DNA of 64,000 nt from positions 1,344,001-1,408,000 of the forward strand of contig CAWFQB010000001.1 of assembly GCA_963817895.1 (NCBI GenBank), read 5' to 3'. Each line of letters opens with the position of its first letter. The first letter of the stretch is position 1. The notes beneath the pieces are model-generated. The model made no database searches. It had not been told where the DNA came from and worked only from the letters and a program-made list of their open reading frames with translations. Source of the stretch: an uncultured Chthonomonadaceae bacterium. GTDB taxonomy: Bacteria; Armatimonadota; Chthonomonadetes; Chthonomonadales; Chthonomonadaceae. Positions 61,795 to 64,000 of the stretch are shown here, in pieces. The position numbers were made by a program, and so were the translations under genes.

Positions 61795-61998
61795 CTACCC
61801 GCTGGAAGCAATCGCTGCTTTCTTGCCTCTCCCGCCCTTCAGCTTATCGCGCTTACGGAACTTTTCGATATCCTCACTGTTCAGGCACACGTAAGGAACG
61901 CCCTCGACCGGCTTCAGTCAGCCCTGGCGAATGGCCGCGTAGATGCGTTCACGCGACACGCCCACTTCTTCTGCCGCTTGTGAAACTCTCAATAACAT
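61795..61998 (-). pseudogene. Excisionase-like HTH protein with in-frame TGA
   Basis: GAGGTG RBS; MLLRVSQAAEEVGVSRERIYAAIRQG*LKP (TGA at 61918-61920). Confidence 0.7.
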
Positions 61999-62036
61999 TG
62001 TCTTCACCTCGTTTGAATAATGTACCCTAAACCTGT

Positions 62037-62535
62037 TCACAATCGCAAACAATTTGTTGCAGTGTGTCTGATTACAAGCCGCATAGTCGCTCCTGCCCCT
62101 CCCTCAAACAAGCCGTGTGAACCCCTGTGTAAGACTTCTCTACTGTAACTACATCCAGAGACATCATTCAGATGATTTTCTTTTCGGCTTTGCGTTGGAA
62201 GCAGGTGACTGCTACAGCACCTTGCGAGCGGATTGGCGGCAGTATGATCGGCGCGCACTTGGTCGGGGGCGGCGTGAAGATAGCCCATTGTGGTTTCGAG
62301 CCGGCTGTGTCCTAAAATACGGGCGGCGCTAACGACGTTGGTTTTGGCGATCTCCGTTGCCGTGAAATGGCGCAGGGAGTGGCGGGTGTAGTAAGGCAGG
62401 CCGGCAAACTCCAGGTAGAGATTCATGCGCTTCTTGGCGCTGTCTTTGTCTAAGGGCAGGCCGCCTTCGGACAGCAAGAGGGGGGCGTTTTTGAGTTGCG
62501 GACGGATTTTCAGTCATTTCTTGACGGCGAGTACC
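62037..62535 (-). pseudogene. Tyrosine integrase C-terminal remnant
   Basis: HSLRH..AT, ILGHS.LETT..Y; N-terminal part missing. Confidence 0.85.
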
Positions 62536-62576
62536 CACATTTGTGGCTGGTGTTGGATGCTAACGAGGTTATGAAA

Positions 62577-62635
62577 TACGCCTGGTTGGATTCGAGCCAA
62601 CGGCCTCTTGCTCCGGAGGCAAGCACTCTATCCAC
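62577..62635 (-). other. 5'-truncated tRNA-Arg(CCG) fragment, probable att site
   Basis: GTGGATAGAGTG-CTTGC-CTCCGGA-GCAAG-AGGCC-GTTGG-CTCGAAT-CCAAC-CAGGCGTA; 5' acceptor strand absent, T-loop TTC changed to CTC. Confidence 0.75.
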
Positions 62636-62751
62636 ATTGCACCCGACAGAAATGTCGGGTGAGGGTAGAAACATAAAGGGCGTCAGGCTGTCCACAAACT
62701 TATTAACGCTTATTGTGAAATAAGCGTAGCATGGTCGCCAGGGATTGAAAC
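62636..62751 (+). CRISPR. Degenerate CRISPR-like mini-array, right part
   Basis: 62636-62672 ATTGCACCCGACAGAAATGTCGGGTGAGGGTAGAAAC (33/37 to the left repeat), then a remnant ending GGATTGAAAC at 62751. Confidence 0.6.
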
Positions 62752-62801
62752 TCCCTGCCTGCACAAAGCAAGCGTCCCTCAAACGCGGGAATCTTGATTG
62801 A

Positions 62802-62881
62802 GAATTGCGTCTGAAAGACGCTTGTACTTTCCTGCCGGGGAAAGAGATTTAATCTGAAATCCCCGGCCCTTTAGGATAGGC
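62802..62881. repeat. Partial copy of the MITE-like element at 44474-44567
   Basis: GCGTCTGAAAGACGCTTG.ACTTTCCTGCCGGG...CCGGCC...GGATAGGC shared. Confidence 0.7.
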
Positions 62882-62893
62882 GCACAACCTGCA

Positions 62894-63310
62894 CTACGGA
62901 GCCGCCAGCGGACAGCCGATCTCCCACAGATGACCGAACGGATCCACCACACGCCCCATGCGCCACCCATGCGCTTCCGCCACTGCGAAAGACTCCCGCG
63001 CCCCTGCCCCAAGCGCCCTCGCAAACATCGCATCCGGGTCCGGCACCGTTAAAAGCATCCGAACGGAACTGCTCCCCAGCGTTTCCGGGCTGGAGTGACC
63101 ATATTTCGGAGATTCATCGCTCAGCCAGAATTCCCCGCCCTCCACCGTCAGGCGAGCCACAATTGCGCCGTCAGGAGCCTCGACACGGTAGACCTCAACC
63201 GCGCCAAAGGCCGCTTTGTAGAACTCCACCGCTCGCGCCCCGTTACGAACCGACAGTATCGCCGATACCGAACAGGCAACGCCCCGCTCTGTCTCAATGT
63301 CATCACGCAT
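62894..63310 (-). CDS. VOC/glyoxalase family protein (PhnB-like)
   Basis: AVEFYKAAFGA, GWRMGRVVDPFGHLWEI. Confidence 0.9.
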   Translation of the reverse strand: MRDDIETERGVACSVSAILSVRNGARAVEFYKAAFGAVEVYRVEAPDGAIVARLTVEGGEFWLSDESPKYGHSSPETLGSSSVRMLLTVPDPDAMFARALGAGARESFAVAEAHGWRMGRVVDPFGHLWEIGCPLAAP

Positions 63311-63452
63311 CCCAATGCCCTCCCGCTTCTATGGATGAAAAGCGCAGTGTTCGCCTTTCGCTTCTATACTGTAAGACAGGGGAAGCAGGCGGAAAGCGAT
63401 GCAGAGGCTAATCCTGTTCCCACTCCGGTCGCCTGGGTGCTTTGTTGCGCGT

Positions 63453-63812
63453 TCAGCGGTCATCCGACTTCTGAACCACACAAAAGAGATTATCATCGGG
63501 GTCCCGCAGCACGACAAAATCATCCCCCGGCTTATACCGCCACGGGTATCGCGTCGCCCCGAGCCTCACCAGTCTCTCGACTTCGGCCTCCTGATCATCC
63601 GTATAAAGGTCCAGATGCAGCCGGCTTCTCCTGCCTGTGCGTCTCTCAGGAACCTTATCCAGCGACACATTCGGGCCGCTTCCCTGCGGATCACGCAATA
63701 CCACCCAGCCATCCCGCGCAGGCTCTCTGGGGACATAACCGAGCGCCTCCTGCCAGAAGGCGAACATGCGGTCGAATTCGTAGCATCGGATAACGACCGA
63801 ACCGATTTTCAT
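63453..63812 (-). CDS. VOC/glyoxalase family protein
   Basis: FWQEALGY, RLHLDL, VLRDPDDNLFCVV. Confidence 0.9.
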   Translation of the reverse strand: MKIGSVVIRCYEFDRMFAFWQEALGYVPREPARDGWVVLRDPQGSGPNVSLDKVPERRTGRRSRLHLDLYTDDQEAEVERLVRLGATRYPWRYKPGDDFVVLRDPDDNLFCVVQKSDDR

Positions 63813-64000
63813 TCTTTCGCTCCAATGAGGAACAAAACTTCCCCGGTCTCACCAGGACAAACCCCCCGGTAAAAAATTTAGAAAAAAGTGACAAACAGCG
63901 CAAAAAACCGAAACCTGCGCCAGAAACATCTGTCTACATAAAAAGAACGTCTATTAAACAGCCAGGTGGCGGGACGCGGAGAGTTTAAAATTCCTCTCCA

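Noticed and set aside
62577..62650. Functional tRNA-Arg gene
   Set aside because: 5' acceptor strand is replaced by the repeat and the T-loop is mutated

Overview
GC-rich bacterial chromosome segment, probably Armatimonadota (inferred from an MYSQDYDE/H-X9-DG DUF1559-type domain, a PEP-CTERM protein and the style of short repeats). Housekeeping content: rpsB-tsf-pyrH (no frr), tRNA-Ala(CGC), tRNA-Gly(CCC), tRNA-Cys(GCA), threonine aldolase, two pyrophosphatases, ALDH, M20 peptidase, MATE, GT39 and SDRs. Accessory content: orphan dcm+vsr, three PIN-type TA loci (two decayed), two IS200/IS605 TnpB elements, a PD-(D/E)XK homing-type endonuclease between a consensus promoter and two tRNAs, a DUF3494 ice-binding PEP-CTERM gene, and a di-heme peroxidase + DAHL-PAS-GGDEF-EAL pair. 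Two candidate conflict systems stand out. (1) An AT-rich SLATT 2TM effector / NA37-like / RelA-SpoT synthetase operon on a decayed integrase element, with a tRNA-Arg(CCG) fragment, bracketed by two near-identical 37-bp CRISPR-type repeats and no cas genes. (2) A translationally coupled operon of a putative ART/NADase-like protein, a helical protein and a KGGVGR ParA-like ATPase-TPR. About nine genes carry single-base frameshifts that may be assembly errors. All product calls come from motif recognition only; no database search was run.
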